From the NCBI GenBank assembly GCA_963801165.1, contig CAWDDT010000003.1:96001-160000 (forward strand): a stretch of 64,000 nucleotides of DNA, given 5' to 3'. Positions within the stretch are counted from its first letter, which is position 1. Every line of letters starts with the position of its first letter. Made by a program: the position numbers and the translations under genes. The notes beneath the pieces are model-generated. The model made no database searches and was not told the origin of the DNA. It was given only the letters and a program-made list of their open reading frames with translations. Below are positions 1-9,579 of the stretch, in pieces. Origin of the DNA: an uncultured bacterium (GTDB taxonomy: Bacteria > Actinomycetota > Acidimicrobiia > Spongiisociales > UBA5794).

Positions 1-599
1 GTGGCGCGAATTTCCCGGAGCCAACGCTCGATGGCCCCGGGGTCGAAGCACATTTGGGTTGCGACATACGACGCATAGGGAACCTTGTCGACCAGCGCCT
101 TCGTCAACTGCGCGCTGGGGATACCCGGATGGCCTTCCGGGTACCCAGTGATACCGATCCGGCGAAAAGGGTGGCCGATCTCATCGAGCGCCTCGAGCAA
201 TTCCAACGCATCGAAGAAGTCGCCCGGGTCGGCGGCATCTCCTCCAACGACAAAGACCTGGTCGATCCCGGCCGCGCCGAGACGTGCGACGATCTGGCTC
301 AGCTCGGTTCGTGTTCTCGTTGCGCGTGCCGACAGGTGGGGGACAACGCGGAAACCACGTTCGGCGAGCTGGATGGCAAGATCGACGGTTGGCTGCATTC
401 CCTTGTCGGGCGACGCCGTTACCGAGACCGAGGAACCCGCCGGCAGGGCGGCTGTCTTGTCGAGCGTGGTCCTCGTCGGGATCACTTCGAAGATGCAGTT
501 GTCTATGAGCCGGCCGATGTCGTCGCTTGCCAAGTGGGGCCTTTCTCTGAAGTCCGTCGGCGATTTGCCATTGCCGTTTGGGTCGATCGGGAATATCAT
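1..599 (-). CDS. metF: Methylenetetrahydrofolate reductase, 3' end runs off the window
   Basis: Missing from the ORF track; translated by hand from ATG at 599: MIFPIDPNG...FEVIP...VVPHLSAR...VFVVGGD...IGITGYPEGHP...VATQMCFDP. These are MTHFR motifs, and the gene is divergent from ligM. Confidence 0.85.
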   Translation of the reverse strand, partial: MIFPIDPNGNGKSPTDFRERPHLASDDIGRLIDNCIFEVIPTRTTLDKTAALPAGSSVSVTASPDKGMQPTVDLAIQLAERGFRVVPHLSARATRTRTELSQIVARLGAAGIDQVFVVGGDAADPGDFFDALELLEALDEIGHPFRRIGITGYPEGHPGIPSAQLTKALVDKVPYASYVATQMCFDPGAIERWLREIRA

Positions 600-609
600 G
601 CTACCTGAT
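595..609. promoter_or_regulatory. Candidate operator overlapping the metF start codon (ATCATGCTACCTGAT)
   Basis: Reverse complement ATCAGGTAGCATGAT matches the palindrome at 2356-2370 at 11/15 positions. Confidence 0.45.
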
Positions 610-758
610 AATGCGCGGGTCGGCCGCGGGAACGCTCGCACCATCCAGCCGAGCGCATGTGCCCCCGCAGATGGAGATCCGCAGCCAGCGGGCTGCGGCC
701 GAGCGATTGCCGTGTTGCCACCGTCGGGTGGTGGGGACGGACAAAGGAGGAGGGAGAC

Positions 759-2159
759 ATGACCAACAAGAGTCTCGAGGACGTGCTGTCGGGGGTTGAC
801 AATCCCGTGCACATGCTGCGCAACTCGCCGATCGGCGCATACGTCTATCCGGTCGTAGCCCCCGAGTTCTCCAACTGGCGCGACGAGCAGAGAGCGTGGC
901 GAGAGACCGCCGTGCTATACGATCAGTCGCACCACATGGCGGAACTCACCGTTGAGGGGCCCGATGCATACGAGCTGCTGTCGAGCCTGGCCATCAACAG
1001 CTTCGCCAACTTCCCGACCACCAAGGCGAAACACTTCGTTCCATGCAGCTACGACGGGCACGTGATCGGTGACGTGATCCTGTTCCGCCCCAGCGACGAC
1101 AAATTCAACATGGTTGGCCGGGCGCCTACGGTGAACTGGGTCCAATACCACTGTGAGACAGGCGATTGGGACGTGAGCTACGAGCGGGATGACAGGTCAC
1201 CGTCGCGGCCCGGCGACCAGCCGGTGGTGCGTAGGCACTACCGGTACCAGATACAAGGCCCGAACGCACAGAAGATCACCGAGAAGCTCAACGGGGGGCC
1301 GCTCGAGAAGATCAAGTTCTTCAACGTCGGAACGATGATGGTTGCCGGCCGCCAGGTACCGGCGCTTAGACATGGAATGGCCGGCGAACCGGGTGTCGAG
1401 ATCTGGGGCCCATACGCCGAAGGTCCCGAGGTCAAAGCTGCCATCCTCGCCGCAGGAGAAGAGTTCGGTCTCCGCCAGGTTGGAGCTAGGGCGTATGCCA
1501 CCAACACGTTGGAGTCGGGGTGGATCCCGTCACCGCTGCCCGCCGTTTACACAGGTGATCTGATGAAGCCCTACCGGGAGTGGCTGCCGGCCTCGAGCTA
1601 TGAGGCCAGCGGGTCGATCGGCGGGAGCTTCGTGTCCGACAACATAGAGGATTACTACTTGACGCCACATGCGCTCGGTTACGACTTCTATGTCGCGTTC
1701 GACCATGACTTCATCGGCCGCGACGCCCTCGAAGCGATGGCCGACACCCCGCAGCGCAAGAAGGTGACCTTCGAGTGGAATCCGGATGACGTGGTCCGAA
1801 TCTGGGCTTCGCTCTTCAATGCGCCGGGGGAGAACTACAAGTATCTCGACGTGCCGCTGTCGAACTACACGTCTGCCACGTACGACGCCGTCCTCCGTGA
1901 CGGCGAGCTCGTCGGTTTCTCCATGTTCAGCGGGTATACCTCCAACGACCGGGCGTTCATCTCGCTCGGCACGGTGGATCCCGACGTGGAGATTGGAGAC
2001 GAGCTCACGCTGGTCTGGGGTGAGGAAGACGGAGGTACGCAGAAGACCACCGTTGAGCGCCACAAGCAGACCGAGATCCGGGTGCGAGTTGCTCCCACAC
2101 CGTACTCACAGGACGCCAGGGAGGGATACGCCGGCGGTTGGCGGACCGAGAAGGTCTGA
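759..2159 (+). CDS. ligM: THF-dependent vanillate/3-O-methylgallate O-demethylase (aminomethyltransferase family)
   Basis: MLRNSPIGAYVYPVVAPEFSNWRDEQRAW...DQSHHM and LESGWIPSPLPAVY closely resemble LigM; strong RBS AGGAGG before ATG 759. Confidence 0.9.
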   Translation: MTNKSLEDVLSGVDNPVHMLRNSPIGAYVYPVVAPEFSNWRDEQRAWRETAVLYDQSHHMAELTVEGPDAYELLSSLAINSFANFPTTKAKHFVPCSYDGHVIGDVILFRPSDDKFNMVGRAPTVNWVQYHCETGDWDVSYERDDRSPSRPGDQPVVRRHYRYQIQGPNAQKITEKLNGGPLEKIKFFNVGTMMVAGRQVPALRHGMAGEPGVEIWGPYAEGPEVKAAILAAGEEFGLRQVGARAYATNTLESGWIPSPLPAVYTGDLMKPYREWLPASSYEASGSIGGSFVSDNIEDYYLTPHALGYDFYVAFDHDFIGRDALEAMADTPQRKKVTFEWNPDDVVRIWASLFNAPGENYKYLDVPLSNYTSATYDAVLRDGELVGFSMFSGYTSNDRAFISLGTVDPDVEIGDELTLVWGEEDGGTQKTTVERHKQTEIRVRVAPTPYSQDAREGYAGGWRTEKV

Positions 2160-2172
2160 GCGCGCACGAAAG

Positions 2173-2202
2173 CTGGAGGCCTGCGACCTTGCCGGCCTCC
2201 AG
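2173..2202 (+). terminator. Hairpin downstream of ligM
   Basis: CTGGAGGCC...GGCCTCCAG, 9-bp inverted repeat 13 nt after the stop; no U tract. Confidence 0.4.
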
Positions 2203-2355
2203 GCCCGCCGCTTGCGCCGAACCGGCGCGCCCGGCCGACGGGTTACAAGACGGCGTCAGACGAGTTGGATCAGGCTGCGGGCGATATGCACAGCGGTGTC
2301 ACGGTGAAACCGGTAGTCATGTATTGAATTCGTCGATCGTCGCGACGACAGAAGT

Positions 2356-2370
2356 GTCAGGTAACCTGAC
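2356..2370. promoter_or_regulatory. Palindromic operator GTCAGGT-A-ACCTGAC
   Basis: Perfect 7-bp arms 23 nt upstream of the amidohydrolase start; related sites at 595 and 5581. Confidence 0.6.
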
Positions 2371-2393
2371 GCGACCCGGGCAATCGGAGGCAT

Positions 2394-3266
2394 ATGGTTG
2401 ACAGGCTGCATCTCGACGACGTGGTCGCGATCGACATCCACGTTCACATAGAGCTGGGTGCCGATGGGCACGACCATCTCTCTCCCGAGCTACGGGCGGC
2501 CGCCAACCGGTACTTCCGCGGCGACCCCGTGCTTCCCGATGGGCAGGCGGTTGCCGACTATTACCGCGAGCGCAAGATGATGGCGGTTGTCTTTCCCGTA
2601 GACGACGAGCTGACCACCGGCCAGCCCCGGTTGCGCAACGAGGACGTCCTGGCCGCCGCGTCGGCCAATCCGGACGTGCTGATCCCTTTCGCCAGCATCG
2701 ACCCCAGACGCGGGTCTGACGGTGTCGCCGAGGCACGTGATCTGGTTGGCTCCGTGAAAGGATTCAAGTTCCACCCCAACATGCAGCAGTTCCACCCCAA
2801 CGACCCGATTGCCTACCCGCTGTACGAGGTGCTGGCGGAGGCAGGATCGATCGCGCTGTTCCACACTGGTCATAGCGGGATCGGCACCGGTCTCCCGGGC
2901 GGCGGCGGGATCCGGCTCAAATACGGCAACCCGATGGATATCGACGACGTTGCCGTCGATTTCCCCGATCTGCACATTGTGCTGGCGCATCCGTCATTCC
3001 CATGGCAGGACGAAGCCCTTTCTGTCGCGATGCACAAGCCACAGGTCTCGATAGATCTGTCGGGTTGGTCGCCGAAGTACTTCCCACCCCAGTTGGTCCG
3101 CCACGCCGGCTCGATGTTGCAGAAGCAGGTTCTGTTCGGGACCGACTTCCCGCTGATCACCCCGGATCGCTGGCTGGCCGACTTTGCCGCACTCGACGTG
3201 CCTGATGAGGTGCGTCCGCTGATTCTCCGTGAGAACGCCTTCAAGCTGCTTGGCCTCGGTGGATGA
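2394..3266 (+). CDS. couO: Amidohydrolase_2 protein, CouO/PhdC-like 4-hydroxyphenyl-beta-ketoacyl-CoA hydrolase
   Basis: IDIHVH, GFKFHP, FHTGHSGIG, LAHPSFPW, DLSGWSPKYF and FGTDFP motifs; clustered with MaoC and SDR genes as in cou/phd clusters. Confidence 0.75.
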   Translation: MVDRLHLDDVVAIDIHVHIELGADGHDHLSPELRAAANRYFRGDPVLPDGQAVADYYRERKMMAVVFPVDDELTTGQPRLRNEDVLAAASANPDVLIPFASIDPRRGSDGVAEARDLVGSVKGFKFHPNMQQFHPNDPIAYPLYEVLAEAGSIALFHTGHSGIGTGLPGGGGIRLKYGNPMDIDDVAVDFPDLHIVLAHPSFPWQDEALSVAMHKPQVSIDLSGWSPKYFPPQLVRHAGSMLQKQVLFGTDFPLITPDRWLADFAALDVPDEVRPLILRENAFKLLGLGG

Positions 3267-4162
3267 GCGACAGTCTGACGACGATCGTCCCCATCGCCCT
3301 CTTCTTTGTGCTGGGCATCGGGCTGGGCAGGACGGGTCTCGCTTCGCGCCGGGATGGGGAGTTCTTGTTGCGGTTCATCTTCTTCGTGTGTCTCCCGGCG
3401 TTGGTACTCGTCACCGTGTCGGGTGCCGACCTCCCCGCCGGCAAGATCCTGCTGCCGGTAGCTGCCGCGATCACGTCTCTTGTCGGGTTGACCCTGGCCC
3501 GGCTCTACGGTGCCCGGCTCGGGCTGGCTCCTGATCGGCTCGGCGCGGTTGCCCTGAGCGCGATGATCCTCAATACGGCGTTCTGCATCCCCTTCATCCT
3601 CGCCGGCTACGGCGAAGCGGGTCTCACCGACCTGGTTTTGTTCGACCTCGGCAACTCCTTCATGGTCACCCTCGTCGCCTTCCCGCTCGCCTACCGGTTC
3701 GGTGGCCAGGACGCACACCTTCGTGCCGCGTTCCGTCGTGCGCTGACCTCGCCCCTGACCTGGGCTCTTCCGATCGCGCTGATCCTCAATGCAACCAATA
3801 CAGCGTTGCCCCGGCTCGTGCACGGGTTCGTGGCCCCCCTGGGCTCGCTGATCGGCCCTCTGATCCTTATCGCTCTCGGCATCCTGTTCACGCCGTCGCG
3901 CCAGCACCTGGGCCTTGTCACGACCACGGTTGCCCTGAGGATGGTGGGCGGGCTTGTTTTTGGAACCACCCTCGCCGCGTTGTTTGGCTTGAGCGGCGAC
4001 ACAAGGCTTGTAGTGATCATCGGTGCAGCCTCGCCGATCGGCTTCACCGCGCTCACCTTCTCGAGCCTCGCCTCGCTCGATTCCGACATGGCGGCCCGTG
4101 CCGTTTCTGCGTCGCTCCTCATCGGCATCGTCGCCGTGCCGCTTGCAGTGGCGCTCACATGA
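3263..4162 (+). CDS. AEC (auxin efflux carrier) family transporter
   Basis: About 10 hydrophobic segments; FIFFVCLPALV and NTAFCIPF motifs; ATGA overlap with the upstream gene. Confidence 0.75.
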   Translation: MSDSLTTIVPIALFFVLGIGLGRTGLASRRDGEFLLRFIFFVCLPALVLVTVSGADLPAGKILLPVAAAITSLVGLTLARLYGARLGLAPDRLGAVALSAMILNTAFCIPFILAGYGEAGLTDLVLFDLGNSFMVTLVAFPLAYRFGGQDAHLRAAFRRALTSPLTWALPIALILNATNTALPRLVHGFVAPLGSLIGPLILIALGILFTPSRQHLGLVTTTVALRMVGGLVFGTTLAALFGLSGDTRLVVIIGAASPIGFTALTFSSLASLDSDMAARAVSASLLIGIVAVPLAVALT

Positions 4163-4170
4163 GAAGGGTG

Positions 4171-4626
4171 TCAGAACAGGTGGCGGTGGACCACCGTCGC
4201 CACGCAGGCGGGTCGCTCCTGTCCCGCGATCTCGATGACGCAGTCGAGCGTCACTTGCACCCCTGAGGGGACCTCTTTGGCGTCGAGAAGCGAGGCCTTC
4301 AGCCTGATCTTCGAGCCCACCGGGACCGGAGAGGTGAACCGCACTTTGTCGAGGCCGTAGTTGATAGACGTTGTCTTGTTCTCGATGGTCAGCACCTGTT
4401 CGAGCATTGGAATGACCAGTGACAACGTCAGGTATCCGTGGGCGATCGTTGAGCCGAATGGGCCTGCCGCGGCGCGATCCGGGTCACAGTGGATCCACTG
4501 ATGGTCGTCGGTGGCGTCGGCAAACGTGTTGATCCGGTCCTGGGTGATCTCGAGCCACTCGCTCACACCGATCTCCTCGCCGACGAGACCCATCACCTCG
4601 GCAACGCTTCCTGCTGTTCGGGCCAT
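4171..4626 (-). CDS. MaoC-family enoyl-CoA hydratase (CouM-like)
   Basis: FADATDDHQWIH, TIAHGYLTLSL and NYGLDKVRF motifs. Confidence 0.85.
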   Translation of the reverse strand: MARTAGSVAEVMGLVGEEIGVSEWLEITQDRINTFADATDDHQWIHCDPDRAAAGPFGSTIAHGYLTLSLVIPMLEQVLTIENKTTSINYGLDKVRFTSPVPVGSKIRLKASLLDAKEVPSGVQVTLDCVIEIAGQERPACVATVVHRHLF

Positions 4627-4638
4627 CGTGGCTCTCCT

Positions 4639-5562
4639 CTACTGTCTTGCCGGAGCCGCAGCGGGATCCTGCGGCATCGGGATTCCGTACGGCTGCAGAA
4701 CACGACCGAGTCGGGTATCGAACTCAGCTGCGATGCTCTCGGCATCCCAGCCGCCTGTTCGCAGTGCCACCTCGGCTTCCACAGGATAAGTCCACACGGC
4801 GAGCCGGTCACCACCGAGTCCGATGGTCTGCCCCGTTACCGCCGCACTGGCGTCCGACGCCAGGAAGACGATGATCGGTGCCACCTCCTCCGGCGTCCCG
4901 ATCGCCTGTTCCCGGCGCATCCAATCGGGTAGCGGTGTTCCGTTCTCCATAGCCTCGATGTGCGCCGCAAACGCGGGAATGGTCTTCGTCATCTCTGTCG
5001 CCGCCGTCGGGACGATGCAGTTGACCGTGACTCCCGCTCGGGCGAGCTCCATAGCCCAGGTGCGCGCAAACGCGGTGATCCCTGCCTTGCACGCCGCGTA
5101 GTTGGTCTGTCCGAAGTTGCCGCGCTGGCCCGCAGGCGACCCCACCAGGATGAGACGCCCACCGTGGCCGGCTTCGCGAAAGTACGTCGCTGCGCTCCTA
5201 GCGCACGTGAAGGTCCCGCGCAGGTGGACCGTGACAACCGCATCGAACTCCTCGTCGGTCATTTTCCACAAGGTCCGGTCGCGCAGTATGCCTGCGTTGG
5301 TGACCATCACGTCAAGCCGGTCGAACCGGTCAACCGCCGTCGCCACCAGTTCGTCGGCTACGTCAGCAGTACCCACGGCGCCGACATGGGGGACCGCGGT
5401 ACCACCTGCGTCCGTGATCGATTCGACCGCAGCACTCGCCGATGACTCGTCCACGTCATTGACCACGACCGACGCCCCTGCCGCTGCGAGCGCTCGAGCA
5501 TATGCCAGCCCGAGGCCGCGTCCGGCTCCGGTCACGATCGCGACCTTGCCCGTCACATCCAT
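4639..5562 (-). CDS. SDR 3-hydroxyacyl-CoA dehydrogenase (CouN-like)
   Basis: TGAGRGLG, NAGILRD and GQTNYAACK (YxxxK) motifs. Confidence 0.85.
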   Translation of the reverse strand: MDVTGKVAIVTGAGRGLGLAYARALAAAGASVVVNDVDESSASAAVESITDAGGTAVPHVGAVGTADVADELVATAVDRFDRLDVMVTNAGILRDRTLWKMTDEEFDAVVTVHLRGTFTCARSAATYFREAGHGGRLILVGSPAGQRGNFGQTNYAACKAGITAFARTWAMELARAGVTVNCIVPTAATEMTKTIPAFAAHIEAMENGTPLPDWMRREQAIGTPEEVAPIIVFLASDASAAVTGQTIGLGGDRLAVWTYPVEAEVALRTGGWDAESIAAEFDTRLGRVLQPYGIPMPQDPAAAPARQ

Positions 5563-5580
5563 ACTTCCTCCCGCCTAATA

Positions 5581-5595
5581 GTAAGGTTACTTTAC
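5581..5595. promoter_or_regulatory. Candidate operator upstream of the SDR gene (GTAAGGTTACTTTAC)
   Basis: Reverse complement GTAAAGTAACCTTAC matches the 2356 palindrome at 12/15 positions; AT-rich patch 18 nt from the ATG. Confidence 0.55.
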
Positions 5596-5713
5596 ATTGG
5601 TTTCATGAGCCCTACGTCTGCAATGCGGCTCGCGCACTAGCCTACGGTGATATCAGGGGGCCTGATGCTTGCAAGGATCCGTGGGAGCGGTCGCCCACGG
5701 TCATGGAGGGACG

Positions 5714-6575
5714 ATGACAGCAGACACACCCAAGCCACCGCGGCACGCGATCAAGACACCGCCGCAACATACGACCTGGGCGGACATGTTGTCCGTCTGG
5801 CAGGAGACGGACCAGATCGGGACTTTCGAGTCGGCCTGGAACTGGGACCATTTCTACCCGCTCGCTCCACCGTACGACGGTCCCAATCTCGAGGGATGGA
5901 CGACGTTGGCGGCCCTGGCCCAGGCGACGAGCCGGATCCGTATCGGAACGATGGTCAACGGAATGCACCACAGGCACCCGGCCGTCACCGCCAACATGGT
6001 GGCCACCCTCGACCACATCGCGGGAGGCCGGTTGGAATTCGGCATAGGAGCGGGCTGGAACACGATGGAGTCGGACGCTTACGGGATTCCGCTGGGGACA
6101 CCCGAGGGAGCGGTCCGATCGATTCGAGGAAGGGGTCGAGGTGATCGTCTCGCTTCTAGAGGGGAAGACGACCAGCTTCACAGGCGAGTACTACCGACTG
6201 ACCGATGCGCGCTGCGAGCCCAAACCGCTCCAGGACCACGTCTCTATCGTGATCGGCGGCAGGGGAAGGCTCAGGACGTTGCGCACAACGGCCCGATTCG
6301 CAGATCAATGGGATGCGCTCTTCGGCGAGAGCACAGCCGAATGGGCGAACCTCGACGAAGCTCTGCGGGAGCATTGCGAGGCGGTCGGCAGGGACTCCGC
6401 TGACATCGCCCGGTCGATCCATCTCGCGTTCCCGCCGGACGTGGAGCCTTCACAGCTGGCCGAGAAGGCGAACGAGTTCTTCGCCGCCGGTGTGGACATC
6501 GTGGTCTGGTCCTGGCGAGGGCCGATGGATCCGGCCCGGCTCGAACCGCTGGCGACGGCGATCGAAGAGGCGTGA
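5714..6575 (+). pseudogene. LLM-class (F420-dependent type) oxidoreductase with a +1 frameshift
   Basis: The N-half (WNWDHFYP, GRLEFGIGAGWN) and C-half (IVIGGRG...ARFADQWD) are in different frames. Removing one C from CCC at 6101-6103 gives PLGTPRERSDRFEEGVEVIVSLL. Could be a sequencing error. Confidence 0.75.
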
Positions 6576-6650
6576 TCATCGGCACCAGCCGCCCGGTAGG
6601 GTGACTGGCGGCGGGTGAGGACGCGCAACGGCAGCCGGGAAGGAGCCCAA

Positions 6651-7724
6651 GTGGCGCCGGGATCGACGAGATGCATGATGATGCGGGGAGGGTCGTCCAA
6701 GGGTCTCTACTTTGTCGGCTCGGATCTTCCCACCGACGCGGCCGAGCGCGACCAGCTTCTCCTCGCCTTCATGGGCACGCCCGATCCGCGCCAGATCGAC
6801 GGGATGGGGGGAGCCCATCCCCTCACCAGCAAGGTGGCCGTTGTCACACCGTGCGGCCATGGCGTGGGCGACCTCGATTACCTGTTCCTCCAAGTCGGGG
6901 TCGACCGGCAGTTGGTGACCGACAAGCAGAACTGCGGCAACATTCTGGCGGGAGTAGCGCCGTTCGCCATCGAGCGCGGCCTGATCACCGCGTCGGGAGA
7001 TACGGCGGAAGTGCGGATTCACATGCTCAACACGGACGGTGTCGCCGTTGCCGGGTTTGCTTGCGAGGACGGGATGCCCCGGTATGCGGGCGACACGGCG
7101 ATCTCCGGGGTCCCCGGAACTGCGGCACCAATCAGGCTGGATTTCGAAGGTATCGCCGGTGGGAGCACCGGCGCCCTGCTGCCCACCGGGAACGTTGTCG
7201 ACCGCATAAACGGGGTGGCCGCGACCCTCATCGACAACGGGATGCCGGTGGTGGTGATGGATGCAGCCGAGTTGGACATCAGTGGCTACGAGTCCTGCGA
7301 GGATCTCGAGTCAAACGAGCGACTGCGGTCCCGTCTGGAGGCGATCCGGTTGGCCGTCGGTCCGATGATGAACCTGGGGGACGTTTCCGAAACGACGGTG
7401 CCCAAGCTCACGATGGTGGCGGCACCCAGGGAAGGCGGCGACCTTTGCACCCGCACCTTCATCCCGCACCGGTGCCACCAGGCAATCGGGGTACTGGGTG
7501 CGGTCTCGGTGGCGACCGCGGCTCTGCTTCCCGGATCACCTGCGGCGGCTCTGCTCGATCACGAAGCCAATAGCGACGTCTACACGCTCGAGCACCCGAC
7601 CGGCACCTTCGACGCCGTCGTCGACGTGGCGCTCGAGGCCGGTATGCCCCTGGTTCGTCGGGCCGGGATCATCCGCACGGCACGCAAGCTGATGGACGGG
7701 TACGTCTTCCCGCGCAGCTATTGA
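6651..7724 (+). CDS. ligU: 4-oxalomesaconate tautomerase (PrpF/LigU/GalD family)
   Basis: MRGGSSKGLYF, QIDGMGGAHPLTSKVA, QNCGNILAGV, FIPHRCH and RTARKLMDG motifs; GTG start after AGGAG. Confidence 0.85.
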   Translation: MAPGSTRCMMMRGGSSKGLYFVGSDLPTDAAERDQLLLAFMGTPDPRQIDGMGGAHPLTSKVAVVTPCGHGVGDLDYLFLQVGVDRQLVTDKQNCGNILAGVAPFAIERGLITASGDTAEVRIHMLNTDGVAVAGFACEDGMPRYAGDTAISGVPGTAAPIRLDFEGIAGGSTGALLPTGNVVDRINGVAATLIDNGMPVVVMDAAELDISGYESCEDLESNERLRSRLEAIRLAVGPMMNLGDVSETTVPKLTMVAAPREGGDLCTRTFIPHRCHQAIGVLGAVSVATAALLPGSPAAALLDHEANSDVYTLEHPTGTFDAVVDVALEAGMPLVRRAGIIRTARKLMDGYVFPRSY

Positions 7725-8665
7725 CCGGTGAGTTGCTGCTCGACCTCGTTGAGGACCCGGTAGCAGCCCAGGACCTGAGCGACGGAGGAGTTTGGCTCTC
7801 GGCCCTCGCTGAGGGCCGACAAGAACTCGCGGTCCTGTAGCTCGATACCGTTCATCGAGACGGCGACGTCGGAGACATCGATCGGCTCGTCGTACCCGTT
7901 GACCAGATCGTCGTATCGGGCGATGTAGGTGCCGTTGTCACCGATGTAGCGGAAGAACGTTCCGAGCGGTCCGTCGTTGTTGAAGGACAGCGAGAGGGTG
8001 CAAATGGCGCCGCTCTCGGTCTGCATCTGGATCGACATGTCCATGGCGATCTTCAGCTCGGGATGGTGCGGGCCCTCCATTCCATGCACTGCCACGACTT
8101 TCTCACCCGTCTGGTACTGGAACAGGTCGACCGTGTGCGCCGCGTGGTGCCACAGCAGGTGGTCGGTCCAGGAGCGGGGCTCACCTTTGGCGTTGATGTT
8201 CTGGCGGCGGAAGAAGTAGGTCTGCACGTCCATCTGTTGGATGCTGAGCTCTCCCGCCTGGATCCGTTTGTGGATCCACTGGTGGGAGGGATTGAACCGG
8301 CGGGTGTGGCCCACCATGCAGACCCGCCCGGTCTCCTTCTGGATCCGGTCGACCTCTTGTGCATCTGCCCAGCTGTCGGCAAGAGGTATCTCCACCTCCA
8401 CGTGCTTGCCGGCGCGCATGCACTGAATCGCCTGGGTCGCATGCATCTGGGTCGGGGTGCTGAGGATGGCGGCATCGACCTCGGGGATAGCGAGCGCATC
8501 TCCGAGATCCTCGAACACCAGGTCGATACCGTACCGGGACCCGACTTCGCGCGTCGCGTCCAACGTCCTTCCCACCAGCGCAACGACCTCAACGCCGTCG
8601 ATGTTCTTGATGGCGTCGAGATGCTTGATCCCGAAGGCGCCGGCGCCGGCGAGTATCACTTTCAT
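7718..8665 (-). CDS. ligC: 4-carboxy-2-hydroxymuconate-6-semialdehyde dehydrogenase (Gfo/Idh/MocA family)
   Basis: MKVILAGAGAFGIKHL, GHTRRFNPSHQ and RSWTDHLLWHHAAHTVD match LigC; 315 aa from ATG 8665. Confidence 0.9.
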   Translation of the reverse strand: MKVILAGAGAFGIKHLDAIKNIDGVEVVALVGRTLDATREVGSRYGIDLVFEDLGDALAIPEVDAAILSTPTQMHATQAIQCMRAGKHVEVEIPLADSWADAQEVDRIQKETGRVCMVGHTRRFNPSHQWIHKRIQAGELSIQQMDVQTYFFRRQNINAKGEPRSWTDHLLWHHAAHTVDLFQYQTGEKVVAVHGMEGPHHPELKIAMDMSIQMQTESGAICTLSLSFNNDGPLGTFFRYIGDNGTYIARYDDLVNGYDEPIDVSDVAVSMNGIELQDREFLSALSEGREPNSSVAQVLGCYRVLNEVEQQLTGQ

Positions 8666-9579
8666 TGGCTCTCCCTTTCGCTGGTTGTCATGGGTGGGCT
8701 CGTCTCCTCCGGCCAGTAGAGCCGGCGCGGGTTGTCGACGAGGAGCTTGTACTGGAGCCCGGTGGTCGCGGCGATGCGGGGGATGAAGTCGACGAGCTTG
8801 CCGTCGTCCGGCATGTGCGTCTTCATGTTCGGGTGCGGCCAATCGGTTCCCCAGAGGACGCGGTTGGGAATGGTCTCGACGACTCGCGCCGCAAACGGGA
8901 CGACGTCGTCGTAGCCGGGCGGCCCGGATCGCGACAGCCGCTCGGGGCAGCTGACCTTGCACCAGATGTGGTCGTTCTGATCGAGGAGCCGCAAGAGGAG
9001 ATCGAACTCCGGGCCGTCGGGGTGGAGAGAGACGTCGGGTCGTCCCATGTGGTCGATGACCACCGGTGTCGGCACGGCCGATATGAAGTCGAACAGTCCT
9101 GGTAGATCGGCGGCGTCGAAGTAGATGACGATATGCCAGCCGAGCCGCTTGATCCGTGCCGCGGTCTCGAGCAGCCGCTCCGGCGGCGGTGGTTCGGCGA
9201 GACGCTTCAGGTAGTTGAAACGGACGCCGCGTACTCCGGACCGGTCCAGCTCCTCCAACTGTGGGTCTGTGACATCCTCCCCTACCACCGCAATCCCGCG
9301 CGCTCTGCCCTCCGAGCTGAGCAGGGCGTCGACCAGGGCCCGGTTGTCGGCCCCGTGGCAGGACGCCTGCACGATCACGTTTCTGGCGAATCCGAGGTGG
9401 TCGCGCAATGCCCACAGCCTCTCCTTGGGCGCATCGGCGGGTGTGTACTTTCGCTCCGGCGCGTACGGGAACTTGTCGCCCGGGCCGAAGACGTGACAGT
9501 GGGCGTCGACCGCACCGTCGGGAAGGGTGAACTCCGGTCGAGAGGGGTTCTGGTGGTAGACGAGCCAGCCCTCATCCAT
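8662..9579 (-). CDS. ligI: 2-pyrone-4,6-dicarboxylate lactonase
   Basis: VDAHCHVFGP, VQASCHGADN, IDHMGRPD and WGTDWPHPN motifs. Confidence 0.9.
   Translation of the reverse strand: MDEGWLVYHQNPSRPEFTLPDGAVDAHCHVFGPGDKFPYAPERKYTPADAPKERLWALRDHLGFARNVIVQASCHGADNRALVDALLSSEGRARGIAVVGEDVTDPQLEELDRSGVRGVRFNYLKRLAEPPPPERLLETAARIKRLGWHIVIYFDAADLPGLFDFISAVPTPVVIDHMGRPDVSLHPDGPEFDLLLRLLDQNDHIWCKVSCPERLSRSGPPGYDDVVPFAARVVETIPNRVLWGTDWPHPNMKTHMPDDGKLVDFIPRIAATTGLQYKLLVDNPRRLYWPEETSPPMTTSERESQ

Noticed and set aside
54-762. Plus-strand ORFs 54-608 and 85-762
   Set aside because: They are antisense shadows of metF, which the ORF track omits, presumably because it has no stop in the window.
7718-9415. 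565-aa ORF as an N-terminally extended LigC
   Set aside because: The extension is an alternative frame over ligI. LigC similarity starts at ATG 8665, after its own SD.
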